A DNA stretch of 63,819 nt, the filler included, from an uncultured Methanoregulaceae archaeon (GTDB taxonomy: Archaea; Halobacteriota; Methanomicrobia; Methanomicrobiales; Methanospirillaceae), in NCBI GenBank assembly GCA_964530035.1. It is 3 parts of 3 records of this genome, joined end to end, with 100 filler letters (N's around TTAATTAATTAA, not from the genome) between each part and the next. Parts side by side here need not be neighbours in the genome. Positions count along the whole stretch, not along the records: positions 46,675 to 63,819 come from CAZGXZ010000035.1; 2 more parts are not named here. One strand, 5' to 3'. A program made the translations under genes and the position numbers. Below the pieces are notes generated by a model that searched no databases, was not told the origin of the DNA, and saw nothing but the letters and a program-made list of their open reading frames with translations. This document shows positions 47,135 through 59,279 of the stretch, piece by piece (positions within the stretch are counted from its first letter, which is position 1; every line of letters starts with the position of its first letter).

Positions 47135-48145
47135 TCATTGTCCACTGGTGCGGAATGCATCGCCGGGAATAGAGACCTCGTACCAGGGCCTTTCCCCAGG
47201 GACAGTCCTTTCACAGAGTTCAAACCCCGATATCAACAGGACCTCCCGCATGTCTGACACCCTGAGTGCATACGGCCTGCCTGACTTCTGCTGGCTGCCA
47301 GATTTCGTCGCTTCCCCGTTCCCGATGCATTCATCCCTGTACTCAATGAACAGTTTGCCATTCTCCTCCCGGGTACGGAACCTGACGGTCGTAGCCGGTA
47401 TACCATTTCGGAAACTGTGGTCAAGAAGTACTGCGAACGCCTTCTGGAGGGTTATGTCAGTGAACACCTCGTAAAAGCCGGCTGTATTCACGACTCTTCC
47501 CGGATCGACTGCTCGTTCCTCAATGGCATCTGCAAAGATTTCATGAAGGCCTTTCCAGCCGGGGTCTGCAACACCGAGCTCCTTGAACTCACGCGTGTAG
47601 GTGACCTGGCGTTGGATGGTTATGGCAGACTGGAGGCACCGTTCCAGAAAAGTCTTCATTTCATCCTGATCGTCAGGCACCATGTCGAGTGACAGTTCGA
47701 TATAGCCAAGGAGTGCGGTAATCTGGTTCTGGATGTCATGTCTGACTACGCTGGTTATGAGGGAGGACTTCTTTCCACCCCTTGCAAGGCCATCGATCGT
47801 TATGAAAAGAGGGGTTACATCCATCAGAAAAAGGGCATATTCAGCCTTTCCTCCGGTTTCACGGGATATACTCCAGAGACGATAGGCAAAATGCAGCCTG
47901 TTGTTGTGCACAGGAATGGTTATCCTTCCGATGGGGCCGGTTTCCAATAGGTGGCCCTGAAGCGAGGACACCACCTCCTTCAGGGGTGCAACTTCATCCA
48001 GGCGTTTTCCCGTGACTTCCCCGGGGGAAAGGCCTGTCGTCTCGGACGCCCTGCCGGACTGGCCAAGGATACGGAGTCCGGCATCGAGGAAAAAGACCGC
48101 GGTTCCTGGAACGTTGGAGGCTTGAAAGAGCCATTTGTCATTCAT
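47135..48145 (-). CDS. PAS-domain histidine-kinase-like protein with degenerate ATPase domain
   Basis: PAS (FFLDA..RI...TG....EV.GK...DVT); H-box RHDIQNQITALLGY; eroded N, G1 and G2 boxes. Confidence 0.8.
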   Translation of the reverse strand: MNDKWLFQASNVPGTAVFFLDAGLRILGQSGRASETTGLSPGEVTGKRLDEVAPLKEVVSSLQGHLLETGPIGRITIPVHNNRLHFAYRLWSISRETGGKAEYALFLMDVTPLFITIDGLARGGKKSSLITSVVRHDIQNQITALLGYIELSLDMVPDDQDEMKTFLERCLQSAITIQRQVTYTREFKELGVADPGWKGLHEIFADAIEERAVDPGRVVNTAGFYEVFTDITLQKAFAVLLDHSFRNGIPATTVRFRTREENGKLFIEYRDECIGNGEATKSGSQQKSGRPYALRVSDMREVLLISGFELCERTVPGERPWYEVSIPGDAFRTSGQ

Positions 48146-48442
48146 AGAGGAAAAGCAAGACCTTTTTTACGAAGTGCACGGTCCTTCTCCTCACTCCGCA
48201 TTCTCCCTGCACTTCATGCCCAGGACTGTTTCAGTCACCCTTGATCCCCTGATTCGTATCAATAGAATCTTCCCGGGAAAGGAAAAAAGGTTCCCATCTC
48301 CTGATTTCCGTGTGTCGCGGATCTTTCTTCTCCTCTGAAACAAGGGAACCATGTCTCAACAACAGGTCACATTTCTGCATGAATCTATGAATTAAAGGAG
48401 AGAGGGAATTGATAAGGCCTCGAAATGGTAGTGAATGAGGGT

Positions 48443-49618
48443 TTATTCATGTCGTAACGCTTCGATAGGGTTCAGGTCCGATGCTTTCCAGGCTGGGTAG
48501 AGCCCCGATACGAGACAAGTCCCGACCCCGAATGCCATTCCGTACAGGATATAGATCATGCTGGACGGTGCAAATACGAAGCGGGTCGTCTGGAGCATTA
48601 CCTGGGACACCAGAAGCCCGGCAAATATCGATAAAACTGCCCCAATACTGCTCCCTATCAACCCGAGAAGGAGGGCCTCGTAGAGGAACATCCGCCTGAC
48701 CTCCTTCCTTTTTGCTCCGATACTTCGCATTATCCCGATTTCACGGGTCCTTTCCGTGACCGACATGAGCATGACGTTTAATATGCTCACACCCGCTACG
48801 ACGAGGGATATGCCGCCAATGGCAGTCGTAAAGAGTGATATCCTGCTGAACGAGTCGAGAATGGTCTCCATGATCTTCCTCGTATCAACAACATCGACCA
48901 CCGTTTCCTTTCCCCGGTTCAGCGCTTTTTCAACGGCTTTCTTCGTGGAATCAATCTCGTCCAGGCTTTTTACCTTCACGATAACCGAGTCATATTCCTT
49001 CCGGTCGTACGAATCCTGNNNNNNNNNNGAATCCTGGAACCATTTCGACGAAACAACGATACCGTAATCAGGGTTAATATCGAAGCCCATTCCCCGTTCC
49101 TTGAGGATAGCTGATACACGGAGCGTTCCCTTGTCCCTGATCCCGATGAGGCTCCCGACCTTGAGCTTATTGTCTTCAGCGAAGCGGGACCCGACCATGG
49201 CACCCGAAGAGCCCCTGAGCATGCTGCCGTCCTTTATCTCCAGAAAAACCGGCATGTCCTTCGGGTCAAGGCCATAGATGATCCCTGCTGTTTCCTCAGA
49301 GCCAACTGACATCCGGTCGCTCGTCTGGTATACCGGTACGGCGAGGCTCGGGGCTGCCGCACGCTTGATCTGTTCGAACTGCCGGTCATTAATCCGGTCA
49401 TTCGCGCTGGAAAAACCCATCGCACCTCCTACATGAGGGGTAACCACCAGGGTATCACTCACCTTCGTGAGGTCTTCAGAGATGAACAGGACGATACCTG
49501 CACCAAGGATCCCCATTGCGGTAATGGAGGTCACCCCGATGATTACTCCGAGGACAGCAAGGATTGACCTGAACAGATGAAGCTTCAGGTTCCGTTTTGC
49601 AAGTTCAAAAAAGATCAT
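48443..49618 (-). CDS. ABC transporter permease (MacB/FtsX type); contains a 10-N gap
   Basis: RSILAVLGVIIG, ISLVVAG.SI.N.M..SV.ERTREIG..RSIGA, GLYPAWKAS.LNPIEALR. Confidence 0.93.
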   Translation of the reverse strand: MIFFELAKRNLKLHLFRSILAVLGVIIGVTSITAMGILGAGIVLFISEDLTKVSDTLVVTPHVGGAMGFSSANDRINDRQFEQIKRAAAPSLAVPVYQTSDRMSVGSEETAGIIYGLDPKDMPVFLEIKDGSMLRGSSGAMVGSRFAEDNKLKVGSLIGIRDKGTLRVSAILKERGMGFDINPDYGIVVSSKWFQDXXXXQDSYDRKEYDSVIVKVKSLDEIDSTKKAVEKALNRGKETVVDVVDTRKIMETILDSFSRISLFTTAIGGISLVVAGVSILNVMLMSVTERTREIGIMRSIGAKRKEVRRMFLYEALLLGLIGSSIGAVLSIFAGLLVSQVMLQTTRFVFAPSSMIYILYGMAFGVGTCLVSGLYPAWKASDLNPIEALRHE

Positions 49619-50292
49619 TCGACCCTCCCGTCGCGAATATGTATGGTCCTTTCAGCGAACTCGGCGATCTTCGGGTCGTGTGTGACCATCACGATGGTCT
49701 TTCCACGCCGGTTCATATCGAGCAGGAGCTCCATGATACCCGTGCCAGTCCTGGTATCGAGGTTTCCCGTGGGTTCATCACACAGGAGGAGGGCAGGGTC
49801 GTTGATCAGGGCGCGTGCGATCGCTACCCTCTGCTGTTGCCCACCGGACAGCTCGGAAGGTCTGCGTTCATAGCTGTCTTCAGGGAGGTCAACGGCGCTG
49901 AACAGCTGTCTGGGTCTTTCACCGCACTCCTTCTTTCCACAGGCGAGCATGATTGGAAACTCGATATTCTCCTTTGCCGTGAGCAGGGGAAACAGGTTGA
50001 ACTGTTGAAAAATGAAACCTATCCGGTCACGCCTAAGATCCGTCAGCTGGTCATCAGTGAGTGTCGACACATCGGCCCCTTCGATTTTGAGGATACCGGT
50101 GGAAGGGACATCAAGCCCGCCTATGAGGTTGAGCAGCGTGGATTTCCCGGAACCTGACGGACCCATGATGGCGACAAACTCGCCCGTCATGATTGAGAGC
50201 GTCACGTTGTCAAGGGCTACCACATTTCCTGCAGGATGAGGGTATACCTTGCTAACCCGTTCAAACTCGATAAGAGGCGTCCCGCCGTTCAC
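49615..50292 (-). CDS. ABC transporter ATP-binding protein (LolD/MacB type)
   Basis: GPSGSGKST, LSGGQQQRV, DEPTGNLD, VTHD. GTG start overlaps the upstream stop (GTGA). Confidence 0.95.
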   Translation of the reverse strand: MNGGTPLIEFERVSKVYPHPAGNVVALDNVTLSIMTGEFVAIMGPSGSGKSTLLNLIGGLDVPSTGILKIEGADVSTLTDDQLTDLRRDRIGFIFQQFNLFPLLTAKENIEFPIMLACGKKECGERPRQLFSAVDLPEDSYERRPSELSGGQQQRVAIARALINDPALLLCDEPTGNLDTRTGTGIMELLLDMNRRGKTIVMVTHDPKIAEFAERTIHIRDGRVE

Positions 50293-51458
50293 GAGGATCC
50301 CCGGTGGCGCCACGAAACGAACACTATTGCTCCCACGAGGACGGTGGCGGCTGCAACGATGGCAAGGGGAAGGACCGGCAAATCAGCACTTGTCTTTCCG
50401 GCCGTGGTGTTTCCATCAGGGAGATCAACCATCATCCGGTTCGTATAGGGGTTCCCATCGCTGTCCTTGTAATCTATTATAAGGGGAACTGATGGGTTAT
50501 TTTCCGATTTAAAGGTCACTTCAAAGCTTGAAAAGTCATCGGGTTTCAGCGAACCGACAACATTAACCTTGAAAGGGTCGATGGGCACGGCGGGTTGAGA
50601 AGACGTGATGATCACGGCTTTCGCATCCTCGAGCCCGGCGTTGGTGACGTCCCCCGTGACCCTGTAATACCCTCCCTCTTCCTTGACGGCAATATTTGAG
50701 ATGACAGGGTTAGGGCTCGTCTTGCTTGTCCCCATCACGAGGGGGAGGGGAACGGTGAGACTGTGGTCATTGACACCGTTCTTGTAGGATACCCGGAATG
50801 TTATGTTTGCATCAACGGCAGGGGTTATGGTAAATGTCGCTGTCGTTGCATTGTTCGGGTCCAGGGTACCGATGAACACTCCTGAGGGGATGCTATCAAA
50901 ATTTTTCCCTTCAGGGGTCACAGAGACACTTTCCACGGTATTGTCACGGGGATTGCCAATCAGGATCCCTACCTTATCCTTTTTTCCCACGGTGAATGAA
51001 TCGGGCCGGTCCTGGATTGATACTGAGAGCTGGGTGTCCTTGACGAGGATCTTGATCGGGTAGCGGAGGAAACCTGAATCACGGAAATCCATCGAGAAAA
51101 CGGGGTAAAAAATGCCACTCTGGGCCTTCGCGGAGATGGTGAAGGTAAATGTCATCGAGTTACCGGCACCAAGGAGACCTACGGAGTCGTAGTTGCCCTC
51201 CTCGACAACGAAGTTGTTATCATAAATCGTCGCCCTGCGGATTGCTACCGGGCTGGTTCCTGTATTTTTAACAGTTATTGAGACCGTCCCGGTATCATAA
51301 GGAAAAAATTCACCGGGGTATACGTTCACTGAGGTAACCGTCACCTGGGCGGCGGCCTGGTCTCCGGGGAGGGGCAGTTCGGCCTGGCCAAAAGAAACTA
51401 CCAATACGCAGATGGCTGCAATCGACAGGAACAACCTGAAGAAATCCTTTGCGCTCAT
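50289..51458 (-). CDS. COG1361-like S-layer/Ig-domain membrane-anchored protein
   Basis: Signal peptide, repeated Ig-like modules, GDVTNAGLEDAK, VGSLKPDDFSSFEVTF, C-terminal TM; usual neighbour of MacB-type ABC genes. Confidence 0.82.
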   Translation of the reverse strand: MSAKDFFRLFLSIAAICVLVVSFGQAELPLPGDQAAAQVTVTSVNVYPGEFFPYDTGTVSITVKNTGTSPVAIRRATIYDNNFVVEEGNYDSVGLLGAGNSMTFTFTISAKAQSGIFYPVFSMDFRDSGFLRYPIKILVKDTQLSVSIQDRPDSFTVGKKDKVGILIGNPRDNTVESVSVTPEGKNFDSIPSGVFIGTLDPNNATTATFTITPAVDANITFRVSYKNGVNDHSLTVPLPLVMGTSKTSPNPVISNIAVKEEGGYYRVTGDVTNAGLEDAKAVIITSSQPAVPIDPFKVNVVGSLKPDDFSSFEVTFKSENNPSVPLIIDYKDSDGNPYTNRMMVDLPDGNTTAGKTSADLPVLPLAIVAAATVLVGAIVFVSWRHRGSS

Positions 51459-51459
51459 A

Positions 51460-52131
51460 TCATACTCCGTTCTGTCCCATCAGGTAGAAGGCAGCTGTTG
51501 CCGCGATGTAGATGCCGACAGGGATGGCAACACAGAGGGATGCGTGCTTCAGGGTCAGCCCCCTCGCATGTTTCATGCCAAATATCCAGAGGTTTGCCGA
51601 CCAGATGAGGAATACCACCATAACCAGGGTGGATGACAGCGAAAGCGCCCGCATGGAAGGATCCTGCATCAACCTTGTCACGGCAGATGTCATCACTGTC
51701 GGGTCCATCGAGGTTACCGGGTTAACCCGGACTGATGGCAGGTAGACCATGGCCAACATGGCCTCTATCCCGTTGGCAATGATCATAGGAACCATTCCGT
51801 AGCCGGTTATCTCGAGAGTTTTTAAAAATGGGCCCTTACCGGAGACGGCCATGCTGAGAACGAAAAAGACCACGGAAACGACCAGCCACATGATGAACTG
51901 GGCGATAAAGCCGGATATTCCCCCGAAAGCCCCAATAATTCCCCCCATCTGGGCGGCCTGGCCCGAAAAAATACGTGCCGTGACAGAACTCGTCATAAAG
52001 GCGTACACCCCGGCGAAGACCGCAGCAACACCGACAATGATGGCGGGCACTTTGAATCTGGGGGGAGTTTGTGCCATTTTAGCAAAAAACCGGTCAGGAT
52101 TGAGAAGGAGGTCCCATGTTGTTTCGGTCAT
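51460..52131 (-). CDS. Yip1 domain membrane protein
   Basis: LLLNPDRFF, G.F.KTL...GY...P, W.FG.KHAR.L; five TMs. Confidence 0.85.
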   Translation of the reverse strand: MTETTWDLLLNPDRFFAKMAQTPPRFKVPAIIVGVAAVFAGVYAFMTSSVTARIFSGQAAQMGGIIGAFGGISGFIAQFIMWLVVSVVFFVLSMAVSGKGPFLKTLEITGYGMVPMIIANGIEAMLAMVYLPSVRVNPVTSMDPTVMTSAVTRLMQDPSMRALSLSSTLVMVVFLIWSANLWIFGMKHARGLTLKHASLCVAIPVGIYIAATAAFYLMGQNGV

Positions 52132-52240
52132 GACATATCAGCTGCACACACAGCTTATCCCTGGTCAAATAAATACTTGTATGACCGATATCGTGCCAAA
52201 ATTGATGGATCGGTCCTGTATGCCCTGATCCCTGCTTGTT

Positions 52241-53173
52241 TCACCACATCTCCTTCTTTCTGAAAACAAGGAAGCCGGCGATTGAGATCGCGATTGCCAT
52301 AACCATTATTATTGGAAACGCATGGGGAGATTCCTGGAACGGGAGGTTGACATTCATGCCGTACATGCTTGCGATGAGCGTCGGTATCATGAGGAGGATC
52401 GTTACCGCAGTAAGGAACTTCATGACTACCGAGACATTGTTGGAGATGACCGATGCAAACGCTCCCATCATCCCGGTCAGGATACTCATGTAAATATTGG
52501 CCATTTCAAGGGCCTGCCGGCTCTCAATGACCGTTTCATCGTACAGGTCCTTCTCTTCCTCCCCAAGCCGCAGGCACTGCATGTTGTGGAACTTTTCCAT
52601 CATGATGGCGTTTGAACGGAGCGATGTCGTGAAAAAAACAAGGCTCTTTTCCAGGTTGAGGAGGTTGATCAACTGTTCGTTCTTCATCGCCCGGTGAATT
52701 GCGTTCTCCATCTGGTTGGTCATGCGGTTGATTTCCTTTAAGTACCTCATGAAAAGGAGGGCGTTCCGAAGACAGATGAGCAGGACAAACCGTTCACGTT
52801 CCGAAGGCAGGAAAGACCTGACCCGTCCTTCGATAAAGCTCTGGATGACCTCGACCTCGGTCAGGGTGACGGTGATGGTCAGGTCTTCCACCAGGATAAT
52901 CCCTATGGGCAGGGTTATAAAAGGAATATCTGCATCCTCGGGCTCTTTGCGGGGAGTCCGCATCACGATGAGGAGGGCCCCTCCGTCCCGTTCTATCCGT
53001 GCCCTTTCATCGACATCAAGCGGATCCGTGAAAAAATCGATGGGTATACCAAACTGGGTTGTAAGGGAGTCCAGTTCCTTTTCACTTGGGTTGATGACGC
53101 TCACCCAGGCCCCGGGTTCATAGGTATCAAGAATAGAAAGCCCGTTGCCATTTCTCCGGTAGATTGTGATCAT
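52241..53173 (-). CDS. corA: Magnesium transporter CorA family
   Basis: DPLD.DERARIE, SVISNN, YGMN signature, two C-terminal TMs. Confidence 0.95.
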   Translation of the reverse strand: MITIYRRNGNGLSILDTYEPGAWVSVINPSEKELDSLTTQFGIPIDFFTDPLDVDERARIERDGGALLIVMRTPRKEPEDADIPFITLPIGIILVEDLTITVTLTEVEVIQSFIEGRVRSFLPSERERFVLLICLRNALLFMRYLKEINRMTNQMENAIHRAMKNEQLINLLNLEKSLVFFTTSLRSNAIMMEKFHNMQCLRLGEEEKDLYDETVIESRQALEMANIYMSILTGMMGAFASVISNNVSVVMKFLTAVTILLMIPTLIASMYGMNVNLPFQESPHAFPIIMVMAIAISIAGFLVFRKKEMW

Positions 53174-53423
53174 GGCATGCCTCCCTCCAGACGGCTTATG
53201 TGAACCCTGGTTTTTCCGGGATCTGCTGCGGAACCCCGCCCCGGTGACAGGATGTCCGTAATTTCCCCCAGAATGTCCTTAATTTTATTTTCCCGGATTT
53301 TCGAAGCCTAAAAGAGCTGCTCGCGCATCCAGTTAATACCTTTCGATCGCTGGTCGCCAGCAGGGTCTGAATTAAGGAATTTATCCGAAATAATCTTATG
53401 AGCTCAGGTTGAAGGGAGAGATA

Positions 53424-54023
53424 ATGGACCGGCAGCTGATTGGAATTGGGATCCTGGTCGTCTGCATCGTCATCACAGGAGCCGTCATGGTGCCACACGC
53501 ACCAATGGGCGCAACCGGCAGGAATGACCCATACACCGTGGATGCCGCAATTCGCGCTGCACTTGACTTTGTCAGAAGCATGCCCGAATATTTAATCTAC
53601 AACGGGGACGGTCTCTCGGTCACCTCTACGGCAAAAGGAACATGCGTGGGGTGCTGGTATGTCAATGTTACTTTTGAGCGGGACCGTGTGGATGAACAGA
53701 ACCAGACAGAGCGTGTTACCGGCATTGTGTTCGTGAATAAAAATAAAGTTGGTCGTGTGGAGCTGACGCCGGTGAACGGATCGGGATCGACCCAGCATAC
53801 CCTTGTCAGGTCAAGGGGCATCGTCCTGTATAACGACCTCGAAGGAGGTTTTTACGGTATTCTTGCGGATGATGGTTCCCGGTACCTCCCTCAGAACCTT
53901 CCCAGGGAATACAGCGAAGACAAGCTCAGGGTGAACTTCACGGCAGCTTTACGGCCTGATATCATTACCAGCTCCAGCTGGGGGACTCCGGTCGAGATCA
54001 AGACCATAGACACGATAAAATAG
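53424..54023 (+). CDS. Secreted or membrane-anchored hypothetical protein
   Basis: N-terminal TM; CVGCW; C-terminal G.V.Y.DLEGGFYGI..DDG..YLP.NLP OB-like module. Confidence 0.75.
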   Translation: MDRQLIGIGILVVCIVITGAVMVPHAPMGATGRNDPYTVDAAIRAALDFVRSMPEYLIYNGDGLSVTSTAKGTCVGCWYVNVTFERDRVDEQNQTERVTGIVFVNKNKVGRVELTPVNGSGSTQHTLVRSRGIVLYNDLEGGFYGILADDGSRYLPQNLPREYSEDKLRVNFTAALRPDIITSSSWGTPVEIKTIDTIK

Positions 54024-54078
54024 GTTTTCTTTTCCGGCAGAATTTAACCTGCCGATACAAATTCCAGCCCGTCCCACC

Positions 54079-54576
54079 TTAATTATGAGGGTTCTCGTCT
54101 CCCAAGGGCCGCTCTTCAGATAAACCATGGGTATCCCCGCGCCTCCATAGGTCATCCCGGGTTGACCCGAACTCGTTGTCGATGAAGGTCATAATATCAT
54201 CCCTGATCCTGCGGAATTTTATCAGGACATCTTCATCAGGCCCGGACAAAGCGGCAGGGTTCGGGAACCCGGCGTGTATCTTTTTTCCTGCCCGTGGAAA
54301 AACCGGGCATTCTTCAATCGCCTCATCGCAAACCGTAACCACATAATCAATGGTCTGCTCAGAAAATTCTGTAATATTTTTTGATCGTTGTCCGGATATA
54401 TCGACGCCTACCTCCTTCATGAGCATGATTGCGGTATTACTCACCCTGCTTGGATGGATTCCTGCAGAAAAGACCTCGTATCGTTCACCATATCGTGCCC
54501 TGAGGTACCCTTCAGCCATCTGTGACCGGGCGGCATTGTGACTGCAGATGAAAAGGACAGTTTCTTTCTGCTTCAT
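54079..54576 (-). CDS. arsC: Arsenate reductase (LMW-PTP family)
   Basis: LFICSHNAARSQMAEG P-loop, SAG, VTVCD...CPVFP. Confidence 0.88.
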   Translation of the reverse strand: MKQKETVLFICSHNAARSQMAEGYLRARYGERYEVFSAGIHPSRVSNTAIMLMKEVGVDISGQRSKNITEFSEQTIDYVVTVCDEAIEECPVFPRAGKKIHAGFPNPAALSGPDEDVLIKFRRIRDDIMTFIDNEFGSTRDDLWRRGDTHGLSEERPLGDENPHN

Positions 54577-54699
54577 GGGGCTATCTGAAACGGGTCTGGT
54601 GAAATGCAGTAATCTAACCTGGATACGGAAATCAATTATCAATACACGGCGCAGGAGAAGGACTTCCAAAAGATTTCCCAGGGGGGGATGATCCCAGAA

Positions 54700-55557
54700 T
54701 CACCTCCCGAACAGTGCCCTGGGGTTGAAGGAGATGTAGGTAACTTTTGTCCCTTTGGCGGGTGATGCGGTTTTCTGTGGTACAATTGTCCTTGTCGGGG
54801 TGGGATTTTTTGTTATAGATGGAGTTTTCACCGTTGCAGCCGCTCCTTCGCGTACGGTGATGCCATTGATCAGTTGTTTGACTGAGGCCCCGCCCGGACC
54901 GGAGATGAAGAGAGTGACGGTGTACTTCCCGGGTTGTGTGTAGATATGAACCGGGTCCCTCGCCGTCGAGTTCGTTCCGTCGCCGAAATCAAAGACCCGG
55001 GTGGTGATCGATCCCGATGACCGGTCGGTGAATGTAACTGAGAGGGGAGCAGTACCAGAGGTTGGTTTTACATTGAATTCTGCATTCAGTGCCCCATCTG
55101 AACCTGAAGAGCCTGTGACAGGGGTGGCCTTCGGCGCCGGGGTGGCAACCCGGTTTGGAGTCATTGTCGCACTGGCTGACCGTACCGTGCCGGTAACCTG
55201 GATATATTCGTCACGCACAACCAGATCCTGCACTCTTCCCTTGGACGCGGTAAGGCTAACATGGTACGTCCCCGGCACCTGATAGGTATGGACCGGGTTC
55301 TGTTCACGCGAGGTCGTGCCGTCCCCGAAGTTCCAGCTCCATGTGTCCGGGAACTGCGTTGTAGTATCAAGGAACTGTACCGTGAGGGGCGCTCCTCCTG
55401 ATGAGGGTGTACCAATAAATCCGGCAGTCAGGGGAAACGGGTTCTGGCAACTGGTACACCCGTCGGCTGCTGCTGAGGCAGCCACCAGTGCCATTCCTGA
55501 TACCAGGACAAGCAACAGACACCTGGTGGGTATTGTCGATAGGTCAGCCGCCGTCAT
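54700..55557 (-). CDS. Secreted PKD-domain protein (two PKD domains)
   Basis: Signal peptide; two G.APL.V.F.D...FGDG....NPVH.Y..PG.Y repeats; T/P linkers. Confidence 0.9.
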   Translation of the reverse strand: MTAADLSTIPTRCLLLVLVSGMALVAASAAADGCTSCQNPFPLTAGFIGTPSSGGAPLTVQFLDTTTQFPDTWSWNFGDGTTSREQNPVHTYQVPGTYHVSLTASKGRVQDLVVRDEYIQVTGTVRSASATMTPNRVATPAPKATPVTGSSGSDGALNAEFNVKPTSGTAPLSVTFTDRSSGSITTRVFDFGDGTNSTARDPVHIYTQPGKYTVTLFISGPGGASVKQLINGITVREGAAATVKTPSITKNPTPTRTIVPQKTASPAKGTKVTYISFNPRALFGR

Positions 55558-55678
55558 GTAGTCCTCAGTCTGTCACCAGGCGTGAAGAGGTTTCTGGTCG
55601 TCTGATCCTTCTTATCCATATGGACGCCCAATTCCTGTCTAAAAAAATACAGGGCGGTGAATTTCAATCAAAAACCTA

Positions 55679-56812
55679 TTAGCAGAACGGTCTTATCCGG
55701 TCCATTGCCTCCCGGAGACGTTCCATGGATGTCGCATAGGAGATCCGTACCCATCCGGGTGCTAAAAAGGCCTCTCCCGGGGTTACTGCCACGTGGGCCT
55801 TTTCAAGCCAGGTCCTGGATACCTCCATGTCATCACCCTCTATCCGGGCAAATGCGTAGAAGGCACCATCAGCCGGTGCACATCTGAGTCCCATGGATGT
55901 GAGTTCCTTCGTGACAAAGAGACGGCGACGGTCGAATTCCTGCCTCATCCTCTCCACGGGGCTCTGATCACCGGTTAGTGCCGCTACCCCGCCCCACATG
56001 ACAAAGGTCGTTGCCTGGGAAACAGTATGCTGCTGGACCTTCGACATGTACCTGATTATTTCCGGGGGAGCCACTGCATAGCCGAGCCGCCAGCCGGTCA
56101 TCGCATATGCCTTGGAAAAACCGTTAATTGTAATAGTACGGCTCTCCATGCCGTCCAGTGAGGCAAAGGACCTGTGTTTCTTTCCGTAAACCAGTTTTTC
56201 ATAGATCTCGTCCGACAACACGAAAAGATCGAAATCCTCGGCCATATCCGCGACCAGTTTAAGGGAAGCGTCAGAAAGGACCACTCCCGACGGGTTTGAC
56301 GGGCTGTTCAGCACGATCATCCTCGTGTTCGGACTGACTCTTTCAAGGAGTGTGTCATCCACCTGGAACGTATCAAGGTCCAGGAGATGATGGACTGCTT
56401 TTCCACCGGCAATCTGAACACACGGTTCGTAGCTCACCCAGGAAGGGTCGGGGATGAGGACTTCATCACCAGGGTTCAGGACCGCCTGCATAGCTTCATG
56501 GATAGCGTCCTTTGCACCGCATGTTACGATGACTTCTTCAGGAGTGCACCTGAAACCATTATCCCTGGAAATTTTCGTGGCTATGGCGGACCTGAGCTCG
56601 GGTATCCCGTCACTTTGAGCGTAGTGGGTCTCCCCTCTCCCGATGGCAGCAATGCATGCATCGCTGATATGCCTCGGGGTGTCGAAATCAGGCTCGCCTA
56701 TCGAGAGGCTTATCACATCCGTCCCCTCGCGCTGCATTTTCTTTGCAAGGTTCGAGATGGCGATTGTTGCGGACGGCGCTATCCCAGCCACCTTTCCCGA
56801 GAGTGATCTCAT
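55679..56812 (-). CDS. Class I PLP-dependent aminotransferase (aspartate aminotransferase-like)
   Basis: [34 protein letters not shown]. Confidence 0.95.
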   Translation of the reverse strand: MRSLSGKVAGIAPSATIAISNLAKKMQREGTDVISLSIGEPDFDTPRHISDACIAAIGRGETHYAQSDGIPELRSAIATKISRDNGFRCTPEEVIVTCGAKDAIHEAMQAVLNPGDEVLIPDPSWVSYEPCVQIAGGKAVHHLLDLDTFQVDDTLLERVSPNTRMIVLNSPSNPSGVVLSDASLKLVADMAEDFDLFVLSDEIYEKLVYGKKHRSFASLDGMESRTITINGFSKAYAMTGWRLGYAVAPPEIIRYMSKVQQHTVSQATTFVMWGGVAALTGDQSPVERMRQEFDRRRLFVTKELTSMGLRCAPADGAFYAFARIEGDDMEVSRTWLEKAHVAVTPGEAFLAPGWVRISYATSMERLREAMDRIRPFC

Positions 56813-57216
56813 TGCAACCGCTGGATCATCTTGACGGCGGACTCAACGGCACGCTTGGCATAGTCTATCCGCTCGGTCGCCTCCATGCGGGTCATTCCGG
56901 GGCCCGATATGCCAAGCGTGACCGGCTTGTCATACTCAAGGGAAAGGTCGATTATCTTGCGCGCTGCATGTTGCACGACGATCTCATCATGCTGGGTCGC
57001 CCCTTCGATGACGCAGCCGATCGTTACCACGGCATCGACTTTTTTTGTCTTCAGCATCCGCTTTACCGCAAGGGGCATGTCATAGGCCCCGGGGACGTAG
57101 AACACCTCCGTGACCTCGGCACCCAGGAATGATGCGTGTTCCTTTCCCTCTACCTCCATCATATAGGTGATATCCCTGTTGAATTCCGATACGACGAAAC
57201 CTAGTTTGATACTCAT
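56809..57216 (-). CDS. ribH: 6,7-dimethyl-8-ribityllumazine synthase
   Basis: [34 protein letters not shown] upstream. Confidence 0.95.
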   Translation of the reverse strand: MSIKLGFVVSEFNRDITYMMEVEGKEHASFLGAEVTEVFYVPGAYDMPLAVKRMLKTKKVDAVVTIGCVIEGATQHDEIVVQHAARKIIDLSLEYDKPVTLGISGPGMTRMEATERIDYAKRAVESAVKMIQRLQ

Positions 57217-57252
57217 ACCCAATCCTCCTTTTTCATCCGGTTTTCCTTATCA

Positions 57253-58841
<1,589 letters not shown>

Positions 58842-58895
58842 GGAGATCCGTATTCATATATCTTGAAAAGCGGAATATAGGTTTGGATAACCCGC

Positions 58896-59279
58896 ATGGT
58901 CGACGTGGCAATCATATCTGGATCTGCATCGGATGCCCGCGTTGCCGACAAGGCAGCCGCAGTCCTTGATGAATACCGGATCACGTACGATATGAAGGTC
59001 CTGTCGGCGCACCGCGACCCGGACACCCTGGACAGGTACATCAAAAACAGCGAAGCAAGGGTCTTCATTGCCATAGCAGGTCTGTCTGCTGCCCTTCCAG
59101 GAGTAATCGCTTCAAAAACGGATAAACCGGTGATCGGTGTACCGGTTTCAGGCACCCTCATGGGGATCGATGCCCTTCTTTCAATCGTCCAGATGCCCCG
59201 TGGGGTACCGGTGGCCTGTGTCGGAGTCGACAACGGCGGAAATGCAGCCCTCCTTGCGGTCAGGATCCTGAAGGCTTAG
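58896..59279 (+). CDS. purE: N5-CAIR mutase / AIR carboxylase PurE
   Basis: [36 protein letters not shown]. Confidence 0.96.
   Translation: MVDVAIISGSASDARVADKAAAVLDEYRITYDMKVLSAHRDPDTLDRYIKNSEARVFIAIAGLSAALPGVIASKTDKPVIGVPVSGTLMGIDALLSIVQMPRGVPVACVGVDNGGNAALLAVRILKA

Noticed and set aside
49011..49036. GAATCCTG duplicated on both sides of a 10-N gap in the ABC permease
   Set aside because: Looks like an unmerged scaffold overlap; collapsing it keeps the frame. Not a target-site duplication.
53174..53423. Possible Mg-sensing riboswitch upstream of corA
   Set aside because: No recognisable M-box or other riboswitch consensus by eye; an Rfam scan would be needed.
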